64,000 bases of DNA from Felis catus. Taxonomy: Eukaryota. Shown here piece after piece: positions 1 through 11,095 of the stretch. Positions within the stretch are counted from its first letter, which is position 1. The number at the start of each line of letters is the position of its first letter. The notes below the pieces were generated by a model. That model ran no database searches. It had not been told where the DNA came from and saw only the letters and a list, made by a program, of their open reading frames with translations. The translations under genes and the position numbers were made by a program. The stretch lies in assembly GCF_018350175.1 (NCBI RefSeq), contig NC_058368.1, positions 229,092,001-229,156,000 on the forward strand, given 5' to 3'.

Positions 1-249
1 ATTGCAAAGACACGGAGAGGATGAGGAGCCTCTGAGTGCTTGGGTCCAGCTCACCAATCAGTGGTCACATCTTTCGGATGACATTTCCCAACAATGACTC
101 TGAAATTACATTTTATGTAGATATTATTATAATACTGTAGCATTGTAATCTCAACAAGTTTATCTCAAAGGAATTTAAAAGTAATTAATCTCAAGTGTAG
201 AATAGGAAAATGATTATAAAGAACAAGGCAATTTACAAGAATTTTTTAA

Positions 250-349
250 GTTAATGTTTTTTTGTTGAGATAAGGTGTACATTGTGTTGATCTGATAATT
301 TACTACTGTAGCATTACCTCTCCCCTACATTATATTGCAAAATTATCAG

Positions 350-389
<40 letters not shown>

Positions 390-742
390 CAAGAACATTT
401 AAGGTCTAATTTCTTAGCAACTGTGAAAGATACAGTAGAGCATAGTTGACTTTAACCACAATACTGTGCATTAGATCTCCAGAGCATGTTCATTTTCTGT
501 CAGTTTTTACACTTTGGCCTGTATCTATCTCCCCAATTCCACCACCACCTCCCAACCGCTGAAAACCAACAGTCTACCCTCTGTTTCTATGATTTTAATT
601 TTTTTTAATTCCACATATAAGTGGTACCATGCAATATTTGTCTTTCTCTGACTTATTTCACTTGGCATAATGACCTCAAGGTCCATCCGTGTTGCCACAA
701 ATGGCAGGATTTCCTTCTTTCTCATGGTTGAGTAATAGTCCT
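250..742 (-). mobile_element. Old LINE-1 3' end (ORF2 C-terminus/3'UTR, L1MA/L1_Carn-like), fragment
   Basis: Minus-strand translation gives L1 ORF2 C-terminal-like YYSTMRKKEILPFVATRMDLEVIMPSEISQ; typical L1 3'UTR text 'ttccacatataagtggtaccatgcaatatttgtctttctctgacttatttcacttggcataatg'. Confidence 0.8.
353..388. repeat. (TG)n microsatellite
   Basis: About 18 TG units, seen directly. Confidence 0.95.
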
Positions 743-743
743 T

Positions 744-816
<73 letters not shown>
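744..816. repeat. Compound (CT)n(GT)n(AT)n microsatellite
   Basis: Seen directly, between two L1 fragments. Confidence 0.95.
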
Positions 817-824
<8 letters not shown>

Positions 825-1400
825 CAAAGGATACAGGAGTGCTGATGCATAGGGGCACATGTACTCCAATATTTATAGCAGTGCTTTCAACAATCGCCAA
901 ATTATGGAAAGAGCATAAATGTCCAGCAACTGATGAATGGATAAAGAAGATGTAGTTTATATACTCAATGGAATACTACTTGGCAATCAGAAAGAATGAA
1001 ATTCTACCATTTGCAGCAATGTGAATGGAACTGAAGGGTATTATGCTAAGTGAAATAAATCAGTCAGAGAAAGAGACACATATCATATGTCTTCACTCAT
1101 ATGTGGAACATGGGAAAGTTAACAGAAGACCATGGGGGAAGGGAAGGGTAACAAAATAGTTGCAAACAGAGGAAGGGAGGCAAACCATAAGAGACCCTTA
1201 AATACAGAGAACAAACTGAGGGTTGATGGTGGGGGGAGAGGGGAAATGGGTGATGGGCATTGAGGAGGGCACTTGCTGGGATGAGCACTGGGTATTGTAT
1301 GTAAGCTATGAGTCACGGGAATTTACCCCCAAAACCAAGAGTATACTGTATACACTGTTAGCCAACTTGTCAATAAATTATATATAAAAAAAATAAATAA
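817..1400 (+). mobile_element. Felid LINE-1 (L1_Fc-like) 3' end, 5'-truncated, with A-rich tail
   Basis: Translates to YSKDTGVLMHRGTCTPIFIAVLSTIAKLWKEHKCPATDEWIKKM (L1 ORF2 C-terminus); carnivore L1 3'UTR 'tacagagaacaaactgagggttgatgg...gagcactgggtattgtatg'; AATAAA and A-tail at ~1372-1400. Confidence 0.9.
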
Positions 1401-3059
1401 ATGAATTTGGAGGTGAAAAACAAAAAAATAAAGGACAATATATAAAATTTGATAGGAAAGTTAATGTTTAAAAATAAGTGTTATTGATTTTAATTTGATT
1501 GTAAAAATAAGTGTTTTTATTAATTTTATGCATTTGATTTATGTTCATTTTTGGATTTATATTTTATAACATGGTTGTTTATGAAAGAAAAATGAAAATC
1601 TTCCTAATGGAATGTAAATTGATATTTTATTATGCCAATTGAATAACTTTTTTATAAAACTTATACACAGAGAAATGAATATCTTGTCTCATAAGAATTT
1701 AGAAACATTGAAATTCATTGGGGAAACTGATTTACTTTTCCTATTGAAATTTACATAACCACTTAGCATCATTATCTCCACTTTTCTATGAATTTCTATA
1801 AAAGAAATAAACTGTCTTTTGTTTAGTATCAAAGAACACATAGATAATATATGACCTTATTTATTTCATGTCCCAACATTGGTGATAAAAAGTCATTTGA
1901 CAATGATGTAATAAATCATCACTTAAAAAAATGTAAAACTGTTAAGTCAAAAAACCAAGATGTTAAAGGGAAAGGTGGGTGTATATTCTGGAATGTAATC
2001 ATCATCATAATAATACAGTTATTATGGGGGTAGGATAATTTACATTGAGCTAGAAAATCATTCATTTTCTCTATTTTTCAAATTTTTACAGATTTCATGT
2101 AGTTTTTTTTTACCTTAAAGTTATTTTTTTATTTTTATTATGTGTACTTTTGCATACTTTTAAACGGTAACCTTATTAGCAGCAATTATTAATAAGAATG
2201 GAATTTTTCATGACACAATTATAACCACCACACATGATCATGTACAGTATTAACATTTTAATATTTTTATCTCTAATTGAGGTATTTCTATTGCTGGTAA
2301 ATTTGGGGGTATCATAATATATTTCAATGTGTCTACATTTTATTAATAACTTTCAGGAAGCTATAGTATGGGCTAAAACTATGAGACTCTTTAAGGATCT
2401 TTAATAGAGATTTACTAAGAGAAGATTCGGAGTTACACAGGATCTCCATAGCCTTTTAAATGGTGGATAATTTATTTTTTAGAGAAAATCAGGATATATT
2501 AAACCATTTTGCAGTTTTTGATACATTATATTGCATATTAAGATTATGTTGGGATATCTTACCATTATTCATATATTACTGATACTTCCTATTTGGTAAT
2601 ATTCAGAAGCATACTTATTGGGTTAGGTGTTATGAACATTTTTAAGAATTCTTATGCAAATTGTCAAATTGTTTTCCAGCATTGGGCTGAATTCTGACAA
2701 GTGATCACAATTAAACAGAATACGAATTTTTTATCAATTAGGATGCCATTGTTAGAATTTGCAATGACTTGATAATGAGGTAAGAATTTTTTTTCAACCT
2801 GTTGATTAGGGTTTTGACCATCGTCTTCCATAAATGTTCATGTCCTGAGAAAGAAAGATCTAGTAACAGACTGGAGTTCCCTTTTTCACTGGGGTACTCT
2901 GATGGAATGATTTCGCCAAACAGACGGACCTCTTTGTAAATATGCTAATCATATTTGCTAAAAGAATATTACTGACAAGTTCTGATCTCTACCAAATTGT
3001 ACTTAGCAGGACATATCCAATCTGCTTAAATAGTTCATAGTTAATACCCCTGCATTTTA

Positions 3060-3255
3060 TGGTTTTAAGGGGCATGTCCAGAATAATGACTAAAACAGGG
3101 ATGGCTTGCTTTCTGGTCCTGATAATACTCTGTTTCTTAATCTGTGTGCCAGTTACATGGATGTGATCAGTTTGTAAAATTTTGGCCAGCTGTCCACTTT
3201 ATTTTGTGTTCTATTCTGCATGCATATTTGAATAAAAATAAGTTTATTTAAAAGG
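3060..3255 (+). mobile_element. Ancient L1 (L1ME-like) 3' end fragment
   Basis: 'ctgtttcttaatctgtgtgccagttacatggatgtgatcagtttgtaaaat' resembles the L1ME 3' end; terminal AATAAA. Confidence 0.6.
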
Positions 3256-3324
3256 AATGAGTTTCTTACGTTTCTGAGGGATTTTATAGCTTTTGCCTCT
3301 TCCTTACAAACATTTTGACTCGCC

Positions 3325-3790
3325 ATCATTTATCCACCCATTCATTCAATGTATATTTATTCAGTACCTAATGTGTCTTTCAGGCATTTATCAAAAAACT
3401 AGAACAAGGGAAAAGTATTCACCTCTTGCCTGGAGCTTGCATTCTACCAGAGACAAGCAAAATAATAAAATAAATGAGTATAATATTTCAAAACGAAATA
3501 AGCTTTGGCTGTCAAAGGATGTATGAAGGCATTTAACAGAGGTGTTTGGGCAGATTTTACAGGGAGGTAGTCTTGTTGTGAATCTTGGCTCATGAGAAGC
3601 CAGCTATGTGAAAGGCCAGGAAAAGGAGTTTTGAATTGAATTAAAAGGTCCTGAGAAACTTCTTGGCAGGTACTTGGCATAAAAAACCATCAGCATGGTG
3701 GAACATGATTGGAACATGGATTGGCTGGGGTCCCTTAAGCCATGGTAAAATGTTCTCAGTATAAGAGAAGAAGATCGAGTGTTGAGAACA
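3325..3790 (-). mobile_element. L2 LINE 3' fragment
   Basis: L2 tail signature 'cattcattcaatgtatatttattcagtacctaatgtg' followed by 'cctctTGCCTGGAGCTTGCATTCTA'. Confidence 0.7.
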
Positions 3791-5382
3791 TGTAGTTTGG
3801 ACCCTCTACCTTGAAAAAAACAGTCCTTATTCAAAACCATGGATTTTTTTTCCCTTGTGTTATTGCAGTCCCCAAATTAGGTAAACATTTTTTAGTAATG
3901 CACTCTTTATCAATATATAACTAATCTGTGGAAGTAACTACTCTTCTAGTTGATGGCTCTCATGTATAAAATTCCATACAGCCACAAGCAATTATCACAG
4001 AACTTCTGAAAGAGTAGAGGGTCTCCTAATAAATTGCTCAGGAAGTAAAGTTTTTGCTCCAGAGTCTCCATAACAAACTGCTACTTACAGCTTTAGTGTA
4101 AAACAACACACAAGTAATTGGTCAAATTCAGGGTAATTAGCTATAATGCAGATTGTGATGTTGAACTTGCATAACATTAAAAAATAAAAGAAAGTTGATT
4201 TGCTTGTCAAATGTTAAAGACAACATTTTGGATTAATTGGGTTGAGGGTATTTGCATATAGGCCACTCTAATCTATTTAATTTTTATTTCAATGAAATGG
4301 AAATAATTTTAAGAGAATCTCACACATTCAATGGTCCACAGAGCTGTCTGTGTATGTGTCTAATACAAAACTTCTGCTAATTCGGATGAAACCTGAGTAT
4401 AATTTATTACTCTTAATTAGTGTAAATGTGATGTAGTGAATTATGATGAAGCTGATAATATGCATTTTATAAAAATGTATGTAAAGCATACATATAAAGT
4501 ATGTATATATATTCCTTTAGTCCCTTATAAAATAAATACCTGTCCTCATGCTCTCTAATGGAAAATGCTCAATGATCTCAGGCTATCTATCTCTCTGGGT
4601 GTCAGTAATCATGTATTTCCTGGTAAGTCTTCTAAAAAAACCTAAAAATATATTCAGCAAAGATTCAGACTGCAGCCCGTTAGCTTTCTTCGTCTTTTTC
4701 TCATTCATGTCTTTTCTTGCCTTTTTGAAAAACCCATCTTCTGCACACTTCTGTGATACAACTTGTACCTTATCTATTCATAAATATTTATAATCAACAT
4801 TTTATTAATCCATACTGCTACCCACTGCTCCATAAATGCCATTGGATATACTTATGAAGCATTCTGCATGTGTTGTCTTTTACTCAGGTAGGTACTGTGC
4901 TGTCGTATAATATAAAAATATGTGCTTCTAGAGTATGAGTTTCTGGTAAGCCTTTAACAGGTTGCAGGACAAGAACACACCAGTCAGGTAAAAGACTCAT
5001 TTCACATCAGGATATAACATTGACAGGGATATATTTTGTCAAAACAGCTGTTTCCCAACGATTCTAAAACACAACACACTTTCCCCTGAGTAGTTACTAT
5101 GGAGAAATTAAATTGGTTAGAGCAGATGCCGTCCTCTCCGATGTTACTTGCTCCTTTTTATTGCTGAATCTGAGGAAATGCACCATGACCTAGTAACTGC
5201 AACGATGAAGTAAGTACGAAAGTGCCAACAACCACTGTAGAAACAAAACATAAAAACCACTCTCACAAGAAGGGCATGGAAAATCTATTAATTATCCTCT
5301 AATCTTCTCCCCATGAAGATGGTAAATGGGATATGTAAGTGACGAGAAAAACTGAATTATACTGATTTTAAAAAGAAAGTGA

Positions 5383-5834
5383 GGGGCGCCTGGGTGGCTC
5401 AGTCGTTGAGCGTCCGACTTCGGCTCAGGTCATGATCTCACGGTCAGTGAGTTCGAGCCCGCGTCGGGCTCTGTGCTGACAGCTCAGAGCCTGGAGCCTG
5501 TTTCGGATTCTGTGTCTCCCTCTCTCTCTGACCCTCCCCCGTTCATGCTCTGTCTTTCCCTGTCTCAAAAATAAATAAACGTTGGGGCGCCTGGGTGGCG
5601 CAGTCGGTTAAGCGTCCGACTTCAGCCAGGTCACGATCTCGCGGTCCGTGAGTTCGAGCCCCGCGTCAGGCTCTGGGCTGATGGCTCAGAGCCTGGAGCC
5701 TGTTTCCGATTCTGTGTCTCCCTCTCTCTCTGCCCCTCCCCCGTTCATGCTCTGTCTCTCTCTGTCCCAAAAATAAATAAACATTGAAAAAAAATAAATA
5801 AATAAATAAATAAACGTTAAAAAAAAATTTTAAT
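5383..5834 (+). mobile_element. CanSINE (SINEC_Fc), host copy whose tail is split by a younger SINE
   Basis: Head GGGGCGCCTGGGTGGCTCAGTC, pol III B-box GAGTTCGAGCCC, (CT)n region, tail resumes at 5819; flanks aaaaagaaagtga / aaaaacaagtga. Confidence 0.95.
5584..5803 (+). mobile_element. Young CanSINE (SINEC_Fc) nested in the tail of the preceding SINE
   Basis: Full-length and CpG-rich; TSD aaataaataaacgtt at 5569-5583 and 5804-5818. Confidence 0.95.
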
Positions 5835-6439
5835 AAAAACAAGTGAAATTCGTCATCAGAGAAGATATCTTAGAAATATTGCCAACTGATTCAAAATCAA
5901 GGCAGATCAACCTAGCTGTGATTTTTCTGACTATGAGGGAGGTAGCAGAAGATTCACCAGCCAAATCAGTTAACTCAGAAGGTCAAGAGCTGAAGGTCAA
6001 GGTTCAGAGTTGGGGCTCCTTATGATCCCTGCAGCATCCCCAGGAAGCATATCTAGGTTCCAGGTGGATATACTAATGATATATAAAAAGTGAGGACAGC
6101 CATGGTAATCAAAACTGGGGTGTTAATTGACTGGCCAGTGCAATTATGATCAGCAAAGAATGGCAATTCTACCCAAGTTGATCTACAGCTGCCACAAAAC
6201 CATGGAGAGTAAAAAAGAAACCAGAGTGATTATGATGACCTCCTTTAGAATAAACTGATAGATATCTGAAATGTTATAACCTTCTTCCTTGGTCTATCCC
6301 TGGAAAGCAGGGACCCACGCGGTGTCCAAGAAAAAGAACTTTGATTATTAGCCACTGATCAACTTAGACCATGCCCTCTAAATATAACTTAATAAAAGTA
6401 TAGAGACAGTATTATTACCATTATTGTATGATTGATATT

Positions 6440-6650
6440 TATTGGCTAACATTGAGATTCCAGCCATGGGAACAAGTAGGTTGCTTGCTTTATCTGTTAC
6501 CTCATGTAATCCTCACAAAACACTACACCCTATTTTTAAATACGAGGAAGCAGAGAAATTTAGATATAACCAGATTACTTAAAATGGTCAAGCTAGAAAA
6601 ATGACTAAGCTAGGATTCAAACATTGGAATGTATGAATCCAAAGCCCATA
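6440..6650 (-). mobile_element. MIR SINE fragment
   Basis: 'ctcatgtaatcctcacaaaac...cctatttttaaatacgaggaagcagag...ctaggattcaaac...tccaaagccca' resembles the MIR core. Confidence 0.65.
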
Positions 6651-6749
6651 GTAGCCCCAGCAGATATATTCTACAGTTGTGTTGTAGAGAATTCTGTTGC
6701 TAATCTCTCATAAAATTACATGAAGAAGGACAAATAGTGGGTAACATGT

Positions 6750-8330
6750 ATAAGTGCATTATGATGAAAAAATGTAAGCAAAATATTAACAAATAAAATC
6801 CAGCTCTATGTGAAACAAGCAATGGAGCCTAAATAGAATTGACAGTTTTCAAGAACACTAGTGGGCTTTACTACCAAAGAGCATTTTAATATTTCACCAT
6901 GATAATGCTTAAAAATTTAAAAACATATTAATTTTTACCAAATATGCTGATAGGCACTTGATTAAAGTAAAAAAAAAAATAAAGCTCAGATGAATGAATT
7001 GGAAGGATATTTACTCAACATAATTCAAAATGTGAACTTCAAAACAAGTATCTATTTCTAAAACATATGCACAAACATAATGTTAGAAACAAGTAAACAT
7101 ATCCATGGCTGTTTACCAAGTTATTTTTCATGCTTTGACTAGTGTTGTACATATTGGAACAAATACATTATATTATATTATCTACATTGCAAACCCTAGG
7201 AAATTCATTAGAGTAACTGGACTTCAAGTTGGGCATTGGTTTTTTAATAGATAAGCAAAAATCAATAGCTTGACTATGTAACAGAAATTACCAATTAAGA
7301 CATATAATGAAAAACAAATCCCAGTCACAAAAGCTATAAAACTTTAAATTATGTAGAAATGGACTTTATAAGAAATTGGGAAAGTCCATATTAAGAAAAT
7401 CATAAAAAGTTTCACTCTTAAAATAGAAATAAATGGTGATACAAACCATATAGGACAGGCAAAAATAATATATAACTTTAATGTAATTGAAAAGCAAAAT
7501 ATCTATATCCTTTTTTTGGGTGGGAAATTGGCAAATTAACTTTAAATTTCATGGGAAATAATAAATATGTGAGAACACCAAAATATTTTTTAAAGATGCT
7601 TAATTATACTACATCACGGATTATGCTAAAAAACTACAGTTGTGAAAAGCGACAAATTTCCTCATAAGAAACATTGATTAGATAAATACAACAATAGGAA
7701 ATATACAGTCAGATGTATGTACAGGTTTTAATTGTATGAAAAATCATATTTTCAAATCAGAAAACAGGTTTGGACTTTATGTTAAGAATTTGAAAGAAAA
7801 ATACTTTATATCTCTACCCCACATCATTTAAGAAAATAAGTTCCAAATACTTTAGGGCTTTTAAAACAGGGATATTTAAAACTACATATACCTACAGCAA
7901 ACACAAGAAAAATATTATATTAATTTTGTAAGAAATAGCTTTTTTGTCACAAGAAAGCTAGAACCTATCATAGTTGTATTTATTTATTTTTAATTTTGTT
8001 AATGTTTATTTTATTTTTGAGAGAGAAAGACAGAGAATGAGTAAGGGAGGATCAGAGGGAAGGAGACACAGAATCTGAAGCAGGCTTCAAGCTCTGAGCT
8101 GTCAGCATAGAACCAGATGCAGGGCTTGAACTTGTGAACCGTGAGATCACGACCTGAGCCGAAGTCAGACGCTTAACCTACTGAGTCCTCCAGGTGCCCC
8201 CCCCCCACTGCATAATTTTAAAAATTGGTTGAACAAACCACATAAAATTATATACCCGTATGTGGTACATCAAAAAATATTGAAACTTAGAAAACTAGAA
8301 AATATGTGCAATCCATATGACTATTTGAAA
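6750..8330 (+). mobile_element. Highly decayed ancient L1 ORF2 region (L1M-type), interrupted by a SINE
   Basis: Recognisable L1 ORF2 remnants 'aaaatattaacaaataaaatccagc', 'caaaaatcaatagc', 'aaatcccagtcacaaaagctataaaa'; no intact frame. Confidence 0.55.
7978..8200 (-). mobile_element. CanSINE
   Basis: Reverse-complement head (caggtgcccc at 8191-8200), (GA)n body, T-rich tail. Confidence 0.95.
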
Positions 8331-8699
8331 GAATGCTTCAAAGCAGAAACCATCGTGAGTTGGAGGTGAAGACAAGGACTTTATTAAACATGACTGCCAT
8401 AGGAGGTGGTGAGCAGTAGGAATTGGTATTGAACAAGGACTAGGGCAGAAGTGTTCTGAGAGGGTTGGTGGTCAAGCTAGGAGTCCTTTCTCAACATTCG
8501 TGTGAATTTATAACCAGTCAGCTCCTGTTGAGGAAGGACGGAGGAAACTGCAACCATCTACCTCCTGCTTGGTAATGGTTTGTTCCTCAAACTATATAAC
8601 CACCATTGCTCTTCTCAATTCTCAAAACTGCCTTCTGTGAGAAAGTTACAGATTGTACGTGGAAGAGTACAGCTTCTCAAAAATGATTTATTGTGAGTA

Positions 8700-9050
8700 A
8701 CAAGAAGCCAAATTAAATTGGCTAAAGCAATAAAGGAACTCTATCTCTGATATCATTATCACTGAAATGTTTTGCCTCAAGTAAGACATCAGGAAGACAA
8801 GGAGAGTCACAATGTAATCGGTTTAAATTTGTTCCCTGGGTGTCTGTAGTCTGCCATCCTCCATATTTGTTGGCTCTCTTCTCAGCTGACTCAGAAGCTA
8901 CATCACTCTCAACAGCTGGAGTGATCACATGTTTCTCTTTCATAATCAGAGACATGAAGATGGTGTAAGTTACCATCAAGTTTATGAGTATAATTTCTAG
9001 GCTTTCCTTTAATTGGCCCAAAGTAGATCTCCTTCCTACTCTTAACTCCA
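8700..9050 (-). mobile_element. Possible old MaLR LTR (MLT1-like) fragment
   Basis: 'attggctaaagcaataaaggaa...' and 'ttaattggcccaaagtag' resemble antisense old MLT1 LTRs; heavily diverged. Confidence 0.4.
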
Positions 9051-9229
9051 TTTGGCCCCACGTGGGTCTTCCCTCACCAGGCTATGAATATATATGGCGA
9101 ATAAACAACTGTGGATCTCATCTGCCCCATGTTGGGCGGTGGTGTTCCTCCTTGTAACCCTAGAGTGAGAATCCCTCCCTCGCTTACAGGGTGGATAGGA
9201 GGTGATCAAAATATTCCTTGTCCAGACCA

Positions 9230-9390
9230 CCACTTGTCTAAACTCAAAACTCATCTAATTGCCTGCTGTGTAACTCTGGATGTCCAGTAAGTGCGTCAAA
9301 TTAAAAACTTCCAAAACTGAGCTACAATAGCCTAGAACTTAGCGCAGACCTTGGTACACTGTGTGCATACAATGTGTGTTGCATAAATGG
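9230..9390 (+). mobile_element. L2 fragment
   Basis: 'tggatgtccagtaagtgcgtcaaattaaaaacttccaaaactgagct' and 'cctagaacttagcgcagaccttggtacactg...ttgcataaatg' are L2-like. Confidence 0.55.
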
Positions 9391-9699
9391 AGCTACAGGT
9401 TAAATGGGGACTCTCCTATTACCCACATGTCCTTACAAGTTAACTTGAAAAACAAATGAGATGTTTAACAAGGATTCTAGATTTTTTCATTTTAATAACC
9501 TTCTTGATACAGATATAGATATGTGCTTATACGCTTGTGTTTTGTATATTCGTGTATACATACAAATGTGTATGTCTCTATACGTATGGATGTCTTTTTT
9601 AGTATTTAGCATTTTGTCTTTCCCTCTTTTTCTCACTTTTTTTTTTTTTTCCCTTGTCATGCCAGCACTTTTTCGGGACTAAAAAATTTTGTATGGGCA

Positions 9700-10450
9700 C
9701 TCTACACACATAGACACTTAATTTCCTGGCCTCTCCGGAAATTCTGGACAGGCTCTGCAATATAAGTCTGATTTAATGACTGAATTTCACAGCAAGTCGT
9801 TCAAACACGTGCATTACCATTGAACAAGGCTCAGCATTATCCTTTTGGCTTCTCCCAGATCATCCAAATGATGGTGAGTGGTGAATCCACTTACAGAGAA
9901 TGGAGACTCGTATTTACCCTGACCTTTTCTAAACTGGGCAAGGGCCATGATAAATCCTATTTCAGTGGACAGTACCATGCCAGAGTGATAAAGGTGTCAG
10001 AAGGCCGGCTACGTAGTGGTTTGAGTTCTGGGAGTTACGGGGAGGAAAATACAGATAAGAGATCTACAATCCCAGGTCCCTTCCCACAAAAAGAGAGGCG
10101 GCCTTTGTGAGCCCCGCCCTCCTCCTGGCTCACAAACAAGTCAGGGGTCCCGGTTTTTGTTTCTCTCCCCAGCTCTCCTTGCGCACCCCCTTGCAGCCCG
10201 AAACCCATGCCACCTGGCTGGGGGTGCCAAACCCACACCCTCTTTTTTTTCACTTTAATATAAACGATTCTAAACAGCAGTTCAGTCATACTATTATATT
10301 TGTCTTAGGTATTGCTTTGCCGGTGTTGACAATGCTATTAAATAAGCATTTTGCAATTTTAGAGGGTTCAGTTCACCTTCCTAATCAACACAGAGAGGTA
10401 GATTTCTTTCATCATCTTCTGAAGGGAGGCAATGAGTGCCCAGAGATAGG
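9700..10450 (+). promoter_or_regulatory. Candidate promoter/enhancer with possible small exon ending at a donor at 9874
   Basis: Repeat-free and CpG-enriched relative to the flanks; ETS-like CCGGAA (9735), TATAAG (9761), E-box CACGTG (9806), ATG|GTGAGT donor (9874), GC-box CCCCGCCC (~10112), TGCGCA (~10180). Motif evidence only. Confidence 0.35.
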
Positions 10451-11017
10451 AAAAGGTTTTTTTTTTTTTTTTTTTTTTTTTCTAATTTGTACAATTCGGG
10501 CTGAATTTTATTTCACTGGGTTTCACTAGAATTTCAAAGTAGCCCATAAATCTACTGTATGCACATATAAAATAGTATATAATATATACACGTGTTTAGC
10601 TCATTCTAGGAAAATAAAGAAATATAGAATATTTAGAGCCCATATTATATAATGATATTGAAATGTTTATTCCTCATTGGTAAATGGAAACATAATGCAC
10701 AGAAAAATAGTAAAATAATGTAATCAATTGTTAAAAGTATTATACATTAAGTCAGGGATTGTAGACTCTTTCTACAAGGCAAGACAATAAATATTTTAGA
10801 TTTTGGTTGGCAGACCTTAGCCTATTGACCCCTACTGTAGGTAGTGCAATTGTGTTTTTTTTTATTAATTATGTATTATACTTTTCCAAATGTTCAAACT
10901 GTCAAAATCATATATTGCTTTTCTAATAAAATGCCAGTAAATAACATTAAAAATCAGGAGTGATAATTGAAGCATGTATTTATGATAGTGAAAAAGACAC
11001 AGATTTATTTAGTTATT

Positions 11018-11095
11018 AAAAATAACTAATAAATGACCTATAACTAATAACTAATAACTAACTAATAAAAATAACTAATAAATAACCTATAAATG
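11018..11095. repeat. Imperfect (TAACTAA)n low-complexity tandem repeat
   Basis: Seen directly: ataactaataaatgacctataactaataactaataactaactaataaaaataactaataaataacctataaatga. Confidence 0.85.

Noticed and set aside
525..955. Overlapping ORFs with L1 ORF2-like peptides
   Set aside because: Short fragments of truncated L1 copies joined through a microsatellite; not genes.
2742..2779. Possible 38-nt exon (tag|GATGCC...ATGAG|gtaaga)
   Set aside because: Good donor but weak acceptor, length not a multiple of 3, and peptide (DAIVRICNDLIM) not recognised; such pairs arise by chance in 64 kb.
5383..5460. tRNA-like sequences with A/B boxes at SINE heads
   Set aside because: These are the tRNA-derived heads of CanSINEs, not tRNA genes.
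9820..10529. Consecutive 96-aa and 140-aa ORFs as a processed pseudogene or novel gene
   Set aside because: Non-ATG starts, no protein similarity I recognise, and the second runs through a poly-T tract; only the splice/promoter motifs were kept as hypotheses.
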